A DNA stretch of 63,904 nt, the filler included, from Octopus bimaculoides (taxonomy: Eukaryota): the NCBI RefSeq assembly GCF_001194135.2. It is 8 parts of 8 records of this genome, joined end to end, with 100 filler letters (N's around TTAATTAATTAA, not from the genome) between each part and the next. Parts side by side here need not be neighbours in the genome. Positions count along the whole stretch, not along the records: positions 28,373 to 46,952 come from NC_068983.1; positions 47,053 to 53,369 come from NC_069008.1; 6 more parts are not named here. The stretch is one strand, 5' to 3'. The position numbers were made by a program, and so were the translations under genes. Every line of letters begins with the position of its first letter. Within the stretch, counting starts at the first letter, position 1. Below are positions 36,078-49,760 of the stretch, piece after piece. Below the pieces are notes generated by a model, which had not been told where the DNA came from, did no database searches, and was given only the letters and a program-made list of their open reading frames with translations.

Positions 36078-37206
36078 TATATATATNNNNNNNNNNNNNN
36101 NNNNNNNNNNNNNNNNNNNNNNNNNNNNNNNNNNNNNNNNNNNNNNNNNNNNNNNNNNNNNNNNNNNNNNNNNNNNNNNNNNNNNNNNNNNNNNNNNNNN
36201 NNNNNNNNNNNNNNNNNNNNNNNNNNNNNNNNNNNNNNNNNNNNNNNNNNNNNNNNNNNNNNNNNNNNNNNNNNNNNNNNNNNNNNNNNNNNNNNNNNNN
36301 NNNNNNNNNNNNNNNNNNNNNNNNNNNNNNNNNNNNNNNNNNNNNNNNNNNNNNNNNNNNNNNNNNNNNNNNNNNNNNNNNNNNNNNNNNNNNNNNNNNN
36401 NNNNNNNGCGACAGTTACGTATTTCTTTAGAATAAACATAAGCCGTTATTTTTCGCCAGATTAATTGTATTTCTAAGCGAAACAATACTGCAGGGAAAAT
36501 AATATATAAAAATGATTCCAACAACAACAGCAAACCAGCATTTATATAGTCTGCTTTGTATAATTAATTTATCTTTAATATTTATAATTTCTTTTCCATG
36601 TTTTTTTTTTTATTTCTTAATGAAGGATGGTTGTGTGAATGTTATTATTTATCGAGAACATATTTTTTAAATATAAGAACAATAAAGGAAAAAGTATATA
36701 TTTTAGTGAATATGATATATCAAGAAAGATTTGCAGTTTATAAAATTGCGGATATAATCGTAAGAGCATTATTAATTCCAGATATCGTAGCAGTAATACA
36801 GTAATAGTAGAATTAATAATATGCACTTAACTTATATAGGGTTTGAAGCCAAACATTGTTTCATATTTATTCATTAGTGATATGTTAGGCAGTTCAATAT
36901 TATATCTTCTAATGAACTATTTCAAGAAAATAAATGTGCTAAAATTTATTAAGTGTACAAAAATAATTTAAAATGAAAATCACCTAATAATATGGAGGAA
37001 GACAAAGTACCAATAAAAATAACAAAGGAATTCATAACAAAAACTAATTTTTAAATGGCAATGTTAATTTAATTTTATGACTGTGTGGAAATAAACAGTG
37101 ATATTAATTTTAAAAGGTTTATGCTGAAGACGATACAAGGTTGATAAAAGGCTGATGATCTTAAATGAATCTATTAGTGGGTTTCGTTTCACGGTTNNNN
37201 NNNNNN

Positions 37207-37246
<40 letters not shown>

Positions 37247-37898
37247 GAAAAACTTCAAAGCTTTCATTAAAGTGAAACCTTGCGACAATTTATATTTTTC
37301 CCCTACGAAATTTCAATCTGCAGTGGTCAAAGATATCTTTGTTATTCATTTCTTTCGATGTTGCCTTCGTTAGGATTTCAGTCTAATGATATAAGCAAAT
37401 TTGAAGTTTTAGAAAGTTGCAGGATGTGAAATCGAAATGGAAAATATAACGCAAAACAACTGAAAACTTGGTAAACTTAAAGCCGGTGATAACCAGATAT
37501 GAATGTATGAAGTATTTCAGATGAAAACGAAAAAGGAAATTTAAAATTCAAACATAAAATCTACATATTTGCCGCTGTATCTGCTCACCTGAATTCGTCT
37601 TATAGCTACTCTTTACCCCGCTGAATTGGCCCCCTCTAGAGACATTGGTGTCTAAGTTAGAATCGTTTGAGCACTATTAAGTGCTTTCTATACCAAGAAC
37701 CTCTGTATCTCATCTGTTCACACACACACACACACAAGCACACACATACACACGCACAAACACACACACACACATACACCCACACCCACATAGATAAATA
37801 GATAGACAAACAGATAGATAGATAGATATTAATATATATTTCGTATGTGTATCTCGTGTGCAAGATTCTTGATGTGGATACGTGTGTTGAAAGAAATA

Positions 37899-38098
37899 CA
37901 ATTAAACCTTGGGAGAGGTATTATGCCGGTAATAAACACACGCACTGGTTCAAAATAAATGGAAGTGGAGAGACAAGTTACTGAAGAGATTGCAAGAGTG
38001 CAATGAAATAATTTAACAAAAAACTATATAAATTAATAAAGGACTGAACCAGTGCGTGTGTCTATTACCGGCATAATGCCTCTCCCAAGGTTTAATTG
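37899..38098. mobile_element. 200-bp MITE with 54-bp TIRs and TA flanks (Tc1/mariner type)
   Basis: CAATTAAACCTTGGGAGAGGTATTATGCCGGTAATAAACACACGCACTGGTTCA is inverted at 38045-38098 with 2 mismatches. Confidence 0.9.
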
Positions 38099-38100
38099 TA

Positions 38101-38132
<32 letters not shown>

Positions 38133-40237
38133 CGTAGATGGGGAACAGTTTTCCTCTTAAATCAATATTAAAACATGACTACATTTACATTTAATCAATG
38201 TCTTCTTGTACCAGTGCATCAGTCCTTTATTGTTCTTCTGAAACTACCCAAGTTCAACGTTATTCGTCTCCAGTTTCATTCTGAGCTTGTTAGTAGCTTC
38301 ACCCTTTCTGCTAACCTCCGTTTTTTTTTTTTATTTTGCAAACGGCTTATGTTTCTACATACATTCCTGCCTTTAGATCATTAGAGATCTGCATCTCCTG
38401 AACTATATTTATAACCAATGTATTTTATGTGGTCATTCTGCAGTGATATTGGTGTTGCTTCCATAATGAAGCATCTATTTCTAATGGAAATTCTATAAAG
38501 TTTAGAGATATTATGTTAACATTTTCCTAACAGGCTTTGTTTTATGGTGTACGGTGTAGTGTTTTACAATTCCTCCTTGTTGTAAATGCATGGTGATTCT
38601 ACAACGGGATGTTGTATTTGTTTCGGCTATGAATCAGTTGTAATAGTGAACTTTGTACGTTACACTTTTACTGTCAAACTTAAGCATTACCTGGTTATTC
38701 TAAATGTTTTTCATACTCGCGATATGTTGTTAGTAAGGAAGTTTTGGTTATATTACTTTTGGAATACATTATTAATTAAGCTTATTTATTTTTAATTATA
38801 AATATTGTTTTGTTCTATTACATCTTTTTATTTGATTAGTTCCGCTGTAACTGGTATGTATTTGTGTAATATGTGTATTGTAATTATGGATATGTATTTC
38901 TTGCGTTGTATTTTTCCGTTTGGTCTATTTGTTTTTGAACAGCCCTTGTAATTATAAATGTGAATGTGCGTGCGTGTGTCTGTTCACTGTCATATATACA
39001 CACGTGCATAGATACATGCATAGATAGATACTTATATGCATATACATTTATATATATATATATATGTATGTATGTATGTATGTATACAACTATACTCTAA
39101 GTTTCACATCCCAACCCAATATTTGTTACTTACTGTGTCGTCAGAATGTCGGTTACAATGCCTAGCAGTATTGGTTTTTGCCACCTTTTGCTATAAGTTC
39201 AAATGCAGCAGTGGCTGAATCCGACTTTCATATTTCGAGTCTTAGATACACTGCCATATATTTCTTCCTTCTATTTATTCCCTCTTTGTCTTTGTAATAT
39301 ATATGTAGTTGAAAGGTTCGACATTGATGCATTAAGCTAACCTAATATAATCGGAAAATTGATGTGCCTGTTGAGTACTCAGCGGCTTACATCTTGTTTC
39401 AAGATTCGAAGTTTAGTTGGTTGAGCAAGTGAACGTTAATCGTTGAAACCGCCGGAGAATCCTTTCAGACTATAGTTCAATGTTGGTTTAATTTCTGTCA
39501 GAAACCATTCCAGATCATTTCAACCTTGTATCATTGAAGGAAAACACGTTCGTTAGAGGCCCCCAAACTGATAATGTATGAGTCTTGGGAATTATTTGTT
39601 CCATGAACTGACACAAATTGAAGTTTTGTTTCTATGATTATTCCGCAGGGCTTTTTATGCATATGAAAGGATAAAGTTACGATCGGAAATTGAAACAGTA
39701 TTCCTGGCTCCGATCATCCGCAGGTTATTCGTTATAGATCAGTGTTCATATAATTTTAGATATAGATATACAAAAAGACGGAAAGCTAAATAAGCAGACA
39801 GGCGGGTGGACAGACAGATAGTCGGAGAAAGAGGGAAGGAGAGAGAGAAAGAAATAACGAGGGATAGAAATGATTGATAGAAAGAAAGATAAGCAGATAG
39901 ACGGACATAATAAATGTGACTGTGCAAATGAACATGTTGTGTCAGAACAATTACCGTCAGAGTTGTTCCGTCTTTAATTTATTCATTAGTTCCTTACATA
40001 GCAATTTACAGACAATACTCCAACAATGCTGCAGCATCAATATTCAATGCTTGCAATGCAAAAGATTTCTTCATCTTTGAAATTGAGAGATGGGTAGTTA
40101 GATACACACACATACGCACACACAAATACACACATACGTACAATCAAACGCAAACACAAAATTACGTGCGTGTGTAAGAATGTGAGTGTACGTGTGTGTA
40201 TGTGTGTGTGTGTGTGCGTGTGTATGTACCTCCTGTG

Positions 40238-40278
<41 letters not shown>

Positions 40279-40708
40279 TCTCAAGCAACATAATCAATGC
40301 TGGCTACACAAAAAATTCCGTCATCTTTCAATCTTTGAAATGAAAAGATAAAAAGGTAGATGTATGATAGATACATACATGCATCCATACATATATCTAT
40401 ACACAAAGTCACATAAATTTTTACGTANNNNNNNNNNNNNNNNNNNNNNNNNNNNNNNNNNNNNNNNNNNNNNNNNNNNNNNNNNNNNNNNNNNNNNNNN
40501 NNNNNNNNNNNNNNNNNNNNNNNNNNNNNNNNNNNNNNNNNNNNNNNNNNNNNNNNNNNNNNNNNNNNNNNNNNNNNNNNNNNNNNNNNNNNNNNNNNNN
40601 NNNNNNNNNNNNNNNNNNNNNNNNNNNNNNNNNNNNNNNNNNNNNNNNNNNNNNNNNNNNNNNNNNNNNNNNNNNNNNNNNNNNNNNNNNNNNNNNNNNN
40701 NNNNNNNN

Positions 40709-40747
<39 letters not shown>

Positions 40748-40755
40748 GTGTATGC

Positions 40756-40812
<57 letters not shown>

Positions 40813-43800
40813 GAGAAAGAGAGAGAGAGAAAGAGAGAGAGAGAGAAAGAGATAGATATATTTACTTACACATATATGTAGATACATATGTACACATATA
40901 TAATAAAAATCTTTCTACGTGTATCCATATGTGTATTCAATGCTAACTATGTAAAAGTTTTCGTTCATCTTTGAAGCGATTTGACGATATTTAGCGTTGA
41001 GATGTCCGACCCGACTACATTTCTTAGCAATTTTTATTTCATCCAATATATATTCCGACAGCAGTATTTCACAAAGTTTTCCTCTGTCAATATATATGAT
41101 TTATTCATCTATGTTAAACTTTTTTCCTCATTTGTTTCTATACTAAATAACGCTATTGATTGAATTACCCACTAAAAAAAAAGGAATGACCTTTGTGTAT
41201 ATTATGTAATGGTTTTCAATGGAAAGCAGTCTTCTTTTTTTTTTCTTTTATATTGAAAGAAATATTGCACATAAGTTTGCAGAAATTGAGTTCGAATATT
41301 CCTACTGTAGCAGTAGAAAATTAAGGGAACCCTTGTATCCGACCTTATCCAGCCCATATATTTTTCTTGTTTTATGTTCAAACCGGCCAGATCCGGCCTC
41401 TCGCACCTACCCTACAATGTTAATCTAAATGTAAACAATTACATGATAGAAATCTCGAAGTTACAAAGTTACAAGGCAATGCATATTTAATTCAAATCGA
41501 TATGAATAAATAAACATCACATGTGATAGAGTAGTCTGAAGACTAACCGGATAAATTATATACTATGAGTATTACAGTGACCGTGTCACACAATGATGAA
41601 GCTACAATTTTCTTCTTTGTTCCTGTGTATGTATTGTGTAGGAAAACTTCTTTCCGAGGCTGGCGTTGTAATCGTTTTGTTGATATGCATCAGTGTTTAA
41701 AGACATATTGATGAGTTTCGAGCTTACTTTGGTACAAACAGTGTCGAACGCATTTTCAGGTGATCAATTATTTCAAGTACATTTCATTGAATAGTTTGTT
41801 CTTGTTGTTATATTATTGTTGGAGATGTGTAACCTGGTGATGAGTTCAAGGTAAACACCGTTTCAATTTACTTTCAGGATATCTGAAGTCAGCTTTGTAT
41901 CATAGCGAGGCTCATTTATTCTTCTCTAGACTACTACTTCTACTACTACTACTACGACAATGACAACCACCACCAGAAATATTAATTCTATTTGTAACAC
42001 AAGGATAAATTATGATAAATAAACGGATAAAAATTTGAAATGTTATAGGATGGAAAACAAATTACCGCCTTCTGTCTTCCACGCTGGAGTAACTTGAAAC
42101 TGATTACGACTTATCTCACGGTAATCTGAGCACAACTTCCAATAACCAGGAGGTAAATTGAAGTGCTACACTTAGCTATTCTTGATATAACAATGCTATA
42201 TGATATAGATAGTTAAACAGAACAATGAGACGCAACCCACGGATACATTATCCAAGTGGTACATGTAGAGAATACTACAGCACATTCCTAGATTAAGCTG
42301 TGAAATGTATTGAATGCAGCGTGACCTTTTGGATATTATATCTCTGTATGGGCCCACATTTTAATGGTCACCTTACCAGGTTTAAGAAACACAAATTCAT
42401 ATTACCTATGGGCCAGCGATATAATGAAGATATTGATGTTGTAACTCTTGGCGCTTGCTGGGTTTTGTTGATAAGAGTGATTTTCATACCATTGACGTTG
42501 TAAACTTCAAATATGATTTTTGTGTCTTGCTTGTAAATTTGACTTTAGTTTGCGAACACTTTTATTGATTATAAGGTTTTTTCGAATGTATCAAAGACAA
42601 TGAAGTCAGTCATTATCAACGACGTACTCGGAACATCTTCAATACTCTTAGCAATCACAGGTCTGGTCTCCATGCAACCAGATCCTCCGGGAGTCAATTC
42701 ACCTCACCAACCAACAAATTATCGAATTAAGGAACTTCGGCGAAAAGAATGTTGTTGTCGCCTGAGAAAATGGCAAAGGTTTTCATAACTTATAATATGA
42801 GAATATCCTAGTGAAACTTCAACTATGAGCTTCATCTACCTCTTACGTTCTACATAGAGAACTTATCTGATTGTACCTAAATTCCGGTTAACCAGTGATT
42901 TTGCTGTTGTTCCCTACTTTCTTTACTCAACACACCAAAAGCCTACTTGTTCGCACGTTGAACAGAACCTACTTTTACACAGATTATACTATCCCATATT
43001 CTTTTTTTATCTTATCTACATTCGCATCATCCACAAGCACCCTAGTCACCATATGCCAAGCCTTCCCAGAACGTAGACATCAAAAGTCTCCTCTAGCGGG
43101 GCTTTGTCAATAATTTATTCCCCTTCAATTGCATGAAGAAGAAACAACTTTAATCAAGAAACATCATCGCCATATCCATTCCATAAAATCACCTGTAGGA
43201 TGCAAGTAGCACTCTCTCTGTCAATGTATTTGGTTGGTATTGTTATCACTGATGCTGTGTCCTGGCGAATGCATAGTTTCGGGTGATCTCACGAACTATC
43301 ATTTATTTTAGGGTGTCAAAATAAATATTTCATCCTTCAACAGTTACTGACACACTAGAAAGAGTATTATATCTGCACCTAGGACGAAGCTGATGCTCCA
43401 TACACAAACTTCCAAGGTTACATTCAGGAAGAGGTCCCTTTGCTGATTAGCGTAAAAGTAATTACAATCACACTCTGGTTCTGAGCCACATTTTCCCAGT
43501 GGTACATGCAGAGAATAATACAGTACATTCCTAGATTAAGCTATGAATTGTATTGAATGCAGCATGACCTTTTGGACATTATTTCTCTGTATGTCGCTTT
43601 TGTATTACAATTGCAATGAGTTATGTTGCTCGAAGCTGGTTGGTCTTATGTCCCACTCACTTATTATTCTCAAATCCCCCATGTTATGTCCAACTACCCA
43701 ATTCCCAAAATAATCACAATTCCCAAAGCATCACTCACAGATTGTCAACTGTCTGGAATCTCCTGTCTGTCCACATTTTTCCGGTTGGGTGTCAACTTGC

Positions 43801-44805
43801 AACAGTTAAAGCTGATTAATGTCGGCATCAATCTCATCAGTCTGCGAACATAATGGGTACTGCTCCTGACTTCAGAGTCAGAAATAAGAAGAAAATACGT
43901 CCTTCGTTAGAATAGATGGTAAAATACTTTGTTCAGCAATACTTGAATGTGACATTGAACATAGTTAAACGACTGCATATAATCTATATCGATGGCGTGT
44001 TCTCAGGTTTTGATGAGTTAAAATAATGTTGGAAACGTACTTTTTTTCTTATTGCTGATAATACTGGTGCTGCTGCTGCTGTTGTTGTTACTGTTTCCAC
44101 AGACTCCGTTCATACTTAGTTGTAACCATTATCCACTAATCTTCCTGTATCATTATTGTTATTTTCAACAATCATCGAATAAATATATCGATTATCCATT
44201 GAGGACATTTCTATCACGAATAGGATTAATAAAAGCAAAGGCGTCACAACACTTCATTTCTTTAGTAATAGTCACATAAAGATTCATGTTATTTTTGTTT
44301 AATGTTAAAAGTTCTAGCTGGCTTAGTGAATAATCTTGTTCTTACAGGTTACATATCAACTGATATTTTTGAATTACATTATGTGATATATTAACTATAT
44401 AAAAAAAAATGTGAAGCATATAGAAATTAGGATGACATTCTATATATTCAGACTCGTTAAGAATACAATAAATTTTCAAAATGTATATTTTTTTGTCTGT
44501 CTGGATAAACAGCCATCATTTATTTCCACATCGCTAGTACTGCATAATGGCTACAGTCAAGGCACTTAAATCTCGCTAGCTAAGTTCAACAAGTTGCTAA
44601 CGTATCCTCAGCTTTGGAGACTTATCAGTTGTATAAACTGATTATGGAGCGTGTTGCTACATCTTTCTAATACGCAGGAACAATGTGACAATTGCAGCCA
44701 TTATTGTTGAGATTTGAATGTTTTGTTGTAAATTCAGTCAGCTACCTATCATCATGACTAACATAAGAAAGCAGTGTGTGTTTAAGCTCTCTCTCTCTCT
44801 CTCTG

Positions 44806-44842
<37 letters not shown>

Positions 44843-45891
44843 CATATATATATATATATATATATATANNNNNNNNNNNNNNNNNNNNNNNNNNNNNNNN
44901 NNNNNNNNNNNNNNNNNNNNNNNNNNNNNNNNNNNNNNNNNNNNNNNNNNNNNNNNNNNNNNNNNNNNNNNNNNNNNNNNNNNNNNNNNNNNNNNNNNNN
45001 NNNNNNNNNNNNNNNNNNNNNNNNNNNNNNNNNNNNNNNNNNNNNNNNNNNNNNNNNNNNNNNNNNNNNNNNNNNNNNNNNNNNNNNNNNNNNNNNNNNN
45101 NNNNNNNNNNNNNNNNNNNNNNNNNNNNNNNNNNNNNNNNNNNNNNNNNNNNNNNNNNNNNNNNNNNNNNNNNNNNNNNNNNNNNNNNNNNNNNNNNNNN
45201 NNNNNNNNNNNNNNNNNNNNNNNNNNNNNNNNNNNNNNNNNNNNNNNNNNNNNNNNNNNNNNNNNNNNNNNNNNNNNNNNNNNNNNNNNNNNAAAAAGAG
45301 TTCATAACTCCAACTAAAAACACTTGTCTCCCCTTACACACACTTCCTGTTTTGACACCACATTTCCTGCTTAACACAAACTCCATACCCTCTAGGGCAA
45401 GATGATTTGTGAACTTTATTCTCCTATCTTTATAGGGTAATTAAATAGATAAATGAATTCTAGGCTCATCGTCCTTATAAAGAAGATTTCACTTCAGTTC
45501 AGTCGGTAAGGAGAGCTAAAATACTAGAAATAGATGTATAACTTAAGAAAATGTATTTAAAATAAAAAGTAAAAAATTAAAATTAAAAATGTATATATAT
45601 ATATACTTACATACAGGAGATCAAAAGTGTACGTACGCCTTTATACGTATATTTAAAAAATCAAAACAAAAAATTGAACAAGAACACAACACGCGACAAC
45701 AGAACCTTCGGGCAGTTAGATGATACAAAAAAAGGATAGGAAAAAACGAGGACGGGTCATTCGGAGCTTTCAATCATCAGTCGAGAAACAGATCATCTTT
45801 GCAGTTTCGGCCAGTTAATATCGAGACTGCTCCAATCTGGCCGGCATCAAGAAAATCTCTAATCTGGCCGGCCCTAAAAAAAATCTATATA

Positions 45892-46760
45892 CAAGGTGCC
45901 ATGTGCAAATTGTCACCATCTTATATTTTTAATTTCTCGCTTGCCCATTGTCTGTTTTTGATTTTATTGCCTGCGTAGTATAGTAGGGTCAGTTGGGCAC
46001 CATCTGTGAGAAAAAAATCACTGTGACGCAATTCACTCTGCAAGGAATTTGGAAACGAAATGCTGTTCTGATTGGCATTCGCACCAGAAGCTCCAGCACG
46101 AACACTTCAATGTTTGGGTATCAAACTGAGGAGAGAGTAATCTGAGGACATGTACTGAGAGTGATAAAAATCAAACACCCAGGAGTGATCATTAGTGATG
46201 GCGGCGTTATTTTTCCATTAATCTTCCCACACAGCCCCAGACTCAACGCAGAGGCCTACACCAAGTGCCTGGAGGAGATAGTGCTGTCTTGGGTCAAGAG
46301 GGTGACTACAGAAAAACTATATGTCTAGTGACAGGACTCTGCACCATAACACATAAGCAGAAGAACTCAGTCATGGCTGTCAGATAACTTCTGCGACCAC
46401 ATCACCCTAACATCTGGCCATCTAACTCCCCACACTGCAACCCCCTTGATTATTATGTGTGGGGTGCAGCTGAGTGGGAGACTAACAAAACTCCTTGCAA
46501 AGCCAAAGATGAACTGAATGCAAGGATTATGGCAGTATTCACCAACTTAAACGAGGAAACCGCCCGGAAGAGTTGCAGGAGATTCCACAGTCGTCTGGAG
46601 GCTGTGTTTGAAGCTAATGGCGACTTTAATGTACAAATTTATTCGTCAGTATTTCAAGATATTTTTTATGTTATTTTGGTTAATATATTTGTTAAAACGA
46701 GATATTAGTGTTATTTTCATTTTTGCGTAATTTAGACGACAATTTATTCCCCACAACCTG
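45892..46760 (+). mobile_element. Internally deleted Tc1/mariner element, DD37D (maT-like) transposase remnant
   Basis: RLNAEAYTKCLEEIVLSWV..QDSAP (D at 46335)..WPSNSPHCNPLDYYVWG (D at 46448)..RLEAVFEANGDF. The two Asp are 37 residues apart after restoring a 1-nt deletion. Imperfect TIRs CAAGGTG..AAATTGTCACC and GACGACAATTT..CAACCTG. Confidence 0.9.
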
Positions 46761-46952
46761 TGGGATAATTTTTATTGACGCTTTCGTTCGTTTTTCGAAC
46801 TCGCAGAAAAGAGTAGAAAAATATATCTTTATACCACCTCAAGTACTCTATACAAACACACACACACATACATACACACACACACACATACACACACATA
46901 CACACCGACACCCCGGTGTCGGTGTGTATGTGTGTGTATGTGTGTGTGTGTG

Positions 46953-47052
46953 NNNNNNNNNNNNNNNNNNNNNNNNNNNNNNNNNNNNNNNNNNNNTTAA
47001 TTAATTAANNNNNNNNNNNNNNNNNNNNNNNNNNNNNNNNNNNNNNNNNNNN
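46953..47052. other. Artificial scaffold spacer
   Basis: 44 N + TTAATTAATTAA + 44 N. Confidence 0.97.
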
Positions 47053-47089
47053 TATATGTATATATATATGTATATATATGTATGTTTAT

Positions 47090-47285
47090 GTGTTTGTGTT
47101 TGTCCCCCAACATCACCTAACAACAGATGCTGGTGTATTTACGTCCCCGTAACTTAGCGGTTCGGCAAAAGAGACCGATAGAATAAGTACTAGGCTTCCA
47201 AAGAATAAGTCCTGGGATCGATTTGCTTGACTAAAGGTGGTGCTCCAGCATGGCCGCAGTCAAATGACTGAAACAAGTAAAAGAG

Positions 47286-47287
<2 letters not shown>
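47090..47287 (+). mobile_element. SINE family B, 3' half
   Basis: gtttgtcccccaacatc...gtccccgtaacttagcggttcggcaaaagagacc...gactgaaacaagtaaaagagta. Confidence 0.9.
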
Positions 47288-47318
<31 letters not shown>

Positions 47319-47349
47319 GTAATGTGTGAGAATACCAGTTGGTAGCATC

Positions 47350-47530
47350 CCAGCATGGCCAGTCGATTAGATCAACCTCCAGTTTGCAACTGGTACTTAT
47401 TTTATCGACCCTGAAAGGATGAAAAGCAAAGTCAACCTCGCCAGAATTTGAACTCAAAACGTAAAGACAGCCAAAACACCACTAAGCACTTCACCCGTCG
47501 TACTAAAAACTCTGCCAGCTTCACCATCCT
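47350..47530 (-). mobile_element. SINE family A
   Basis: Reverse-strand head, B-box and gcttttcatcc body. Confidence 0.8.
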
Positions 47531-47579
47531 CTTAAAAATAAGATTAATAATAACAATAATAATAATAATCATAATTGTA

Positions 47580-47630
<51 letters not shown>

Positions 47631-47764
47631 GTATTAATAATGAATATAATAACATGTTCAACATGAGAATATCGCAAGAAAAAATAGTTTGTTTACATAA
47701 AATTGTCATTGCATTCCGAAAGTTATGATATTTAGAGTTTAATTTGACGGAAATTGTCATCAGA

Positions 47765-47836
47765 GGGCAGTTTAGCAGAATGGTAGGGTACTCAGCCGGA
47801 ATCTGAGGAGTTCAGGTTCGATTCTCATGGCTGTCT
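47765..47836 (+). mobile_element. tRNA-like SINE head or tRNA pseudogene
   Basis: A-box tagcagaatgg, anticodon-type stem CTCAG/CTGAG with a 7-nt loop, B-box ggttcgattc. The D and T stems do not pair, so this is not a functional tRNA. Confidence 0.55.
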
Positions 47837-48514
47837 GCTGACAACTTTTTCCATCTTATAATGGTAAAATACCCAATTATTCTGTTGTTTGCCCAGCTAC
47901 ACTGCATTTTACATTACTTTCTTGACTGTGTGATATGAAATACATTCGGCGCTTCCGAAAATGTTATGGGAGAATCCTGCACACCCCCACGTAACTGAAG
48001 GTGGGACTAACCGATTACAATAAATAAGAACTGAGTGAACTGTCCAAGGGGTAATTGACGGGTGTTAGCTCAATCATGTTGGTTGACCGTGTTAGTTTGA
48101 CCGTATGTAGGTTTAACAGGCAGTGGTTGAGCAGTGTATGCTGAGTATTGTATCTATATTACAATAGTATGGAGTGTGTTCTGTGATAATATTTATTTCT
48201 GCGATAGGTTATTTTTAGACATCCACAACCAACTATTTATTTGTGTGGTGCCATTTTACACCAGACGTATATGCCCCCATTGTAACAAGAAGTAAAGATC
48301 ATTTGTAAGGATTTTAGACAGAGAGCCGGAGAAAATGCTTCATGACATTTTGCTTGGATTTACGTTCTTAAAGTGTGATCGATCCAGCCTCGTTTTCTTT
48401 TCGGCATTTCTTGATGGATGACTGTCTGGTTCATTCTCTTTCACAGACTTCTGTTTGAAATGTTGAATGCAAACACTCATATACACACAAACACACACAT
48501 GCAAACACAAGCGT

Positions 48515-48557
<43 letters not shown>

Positions 48558-48874
48558 TGCACGCTCACACATGCATACACACACACACAAACACAAACAC
48601 ACTCATGAATACACACACATGCAAACTCTTATATACACACAAACATACACTCATGAATACACACCCACACACACCAATAAAAAACTAAGTGAACTGTCAA
48701 CAGGCCTAGTTGTTGGTTTCCCATGTTAGTTTGACGTGTGTAGGTCTAACAGCTGGTAGTTGAACAGTGAATGCTGAGTATTGTATCTATGTTTGAGTAC
48801 TCCAGAGTGCATTCTTTGTTAACATATATTTCTCATTGTCATCATGTCACTTCCTTGTCTCTATTCTATAAGTA

Positions 48875-49299
48875 CCATAAATCCTCGAGTATAATCTGCA
48901 CTTTTTTCCCAAAATTTAAAGGTCAAAATCCCTAGTGCGTACTATATACGAGGTTAAAAATGAAAAATATTTTCTAAGCAAAATTTTCTAAGTGACAAAT
49001 ATGTAAAAGCAATTTACTTAATATTTATTTTTCACTGGCGTTATTACTGTTATTTCTTTATTTTCTGCAAACAAAGTGCACAAAAAAGCTACACGTTTGC
49101 ATTATGTTATAAATACAATAATAATAAAGGATGTTACCGTATATACGTTTACAAACCAAGGACGTTATATAGACCTCCTTGACTCAAGTTAGAGAAGGGG
49201 TGCGTATTATACACAAGGTTTAGGTTTTTCAGAGGTACAGCCCCCTAAAAATCCCCTGCGTATTATACTCAAGGGCGGACTATACTCGAGGATTTACGG
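48875..49299. mobile_element. 425-bp MITE with TA flanks (Tc2/pogo-like ends)
   Basis: TA|CCATAAATCCTCGAGTATAATCTGC ... GCGGACTATACTCGAGGATTTACGG|TA, with repeated subterminal gcgtattatac motifs. Confidence 0.88.
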
Positions 49300-49344
49300 T
49301 ATTTTCATGGATATTATTCAGCTGAGCTCTCTTCTCTGGTTCCT

Positions 49345-49515
49345 CCTTTACGAACTTATCAGCGACCACCTAGACTTGCATCCAGTTCTCATCAGTATAC
49401 TGTGCAACCTCCTAAATGTTGTAAAGCTATTTACAATACCAGTTTCTTCCCTCACACCTCTGAACTTTGGAATTCCCTTCCACAGTCTTGTTTTCCTCTT
49501 CAGTCTTTTCTGTCT
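49345..49515 (+). mobile_element. 3' end fragment of a CR1/Jockey-type LINE ORF2
   Basis: RLASSSHQYTVQPPKCCKAIYNTSFFPHTSELWNSLPQSCFP matches the SFFP.T..LWN.LP C-terminal motif of these LINEs. Confidence 0.8.
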
Positions 49516-49544
49516 TATGTACATCATCACCTATTCACTCCTGT

Positions 49545-49760
49545 AAGGCCGCAAGCTGGCAGAAACGTTAGAACGTGGGGCAAAATGCTTAGCAGTATTT
49601 CTTCTGTCTTTACGTTGAGTTCAAATTCCTCCGAGGTTGACTTTGCCTTTCATCCTTTTAGGGTCGATGAAATAAGTACCAGTTGTGTACTGGGTCGATC
49701 TAATCAACTGGCCCTCTCCCCCAAAATTTTGGGCCTTGGTCCTAGAGTAGAAAATATCTA
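49545..49760 (+). mobile_element. SINE family A, full length
   Basis: aaggccgcaagctggcagaaacgttag...gagttcaaattcc...gactttgcctttcatcc...ccctctccccaaaattttgggcc. Confidence 0.9.

Noticed and set aside
28190-47090. Idea that the SINE 5' half ending block 3 joins the 3' half starting block 5 (mis-ordered blocks)
   Set aside because: Half copies are common throughout the window, so the match is not specific.
47765-47836. Functional tRNA gene
   Set aside because: D and T stems are unpaired, there is C at position 33, and a GGA anticodon is atypical for eukaryotes; treated as a SINE head or pseudogene.
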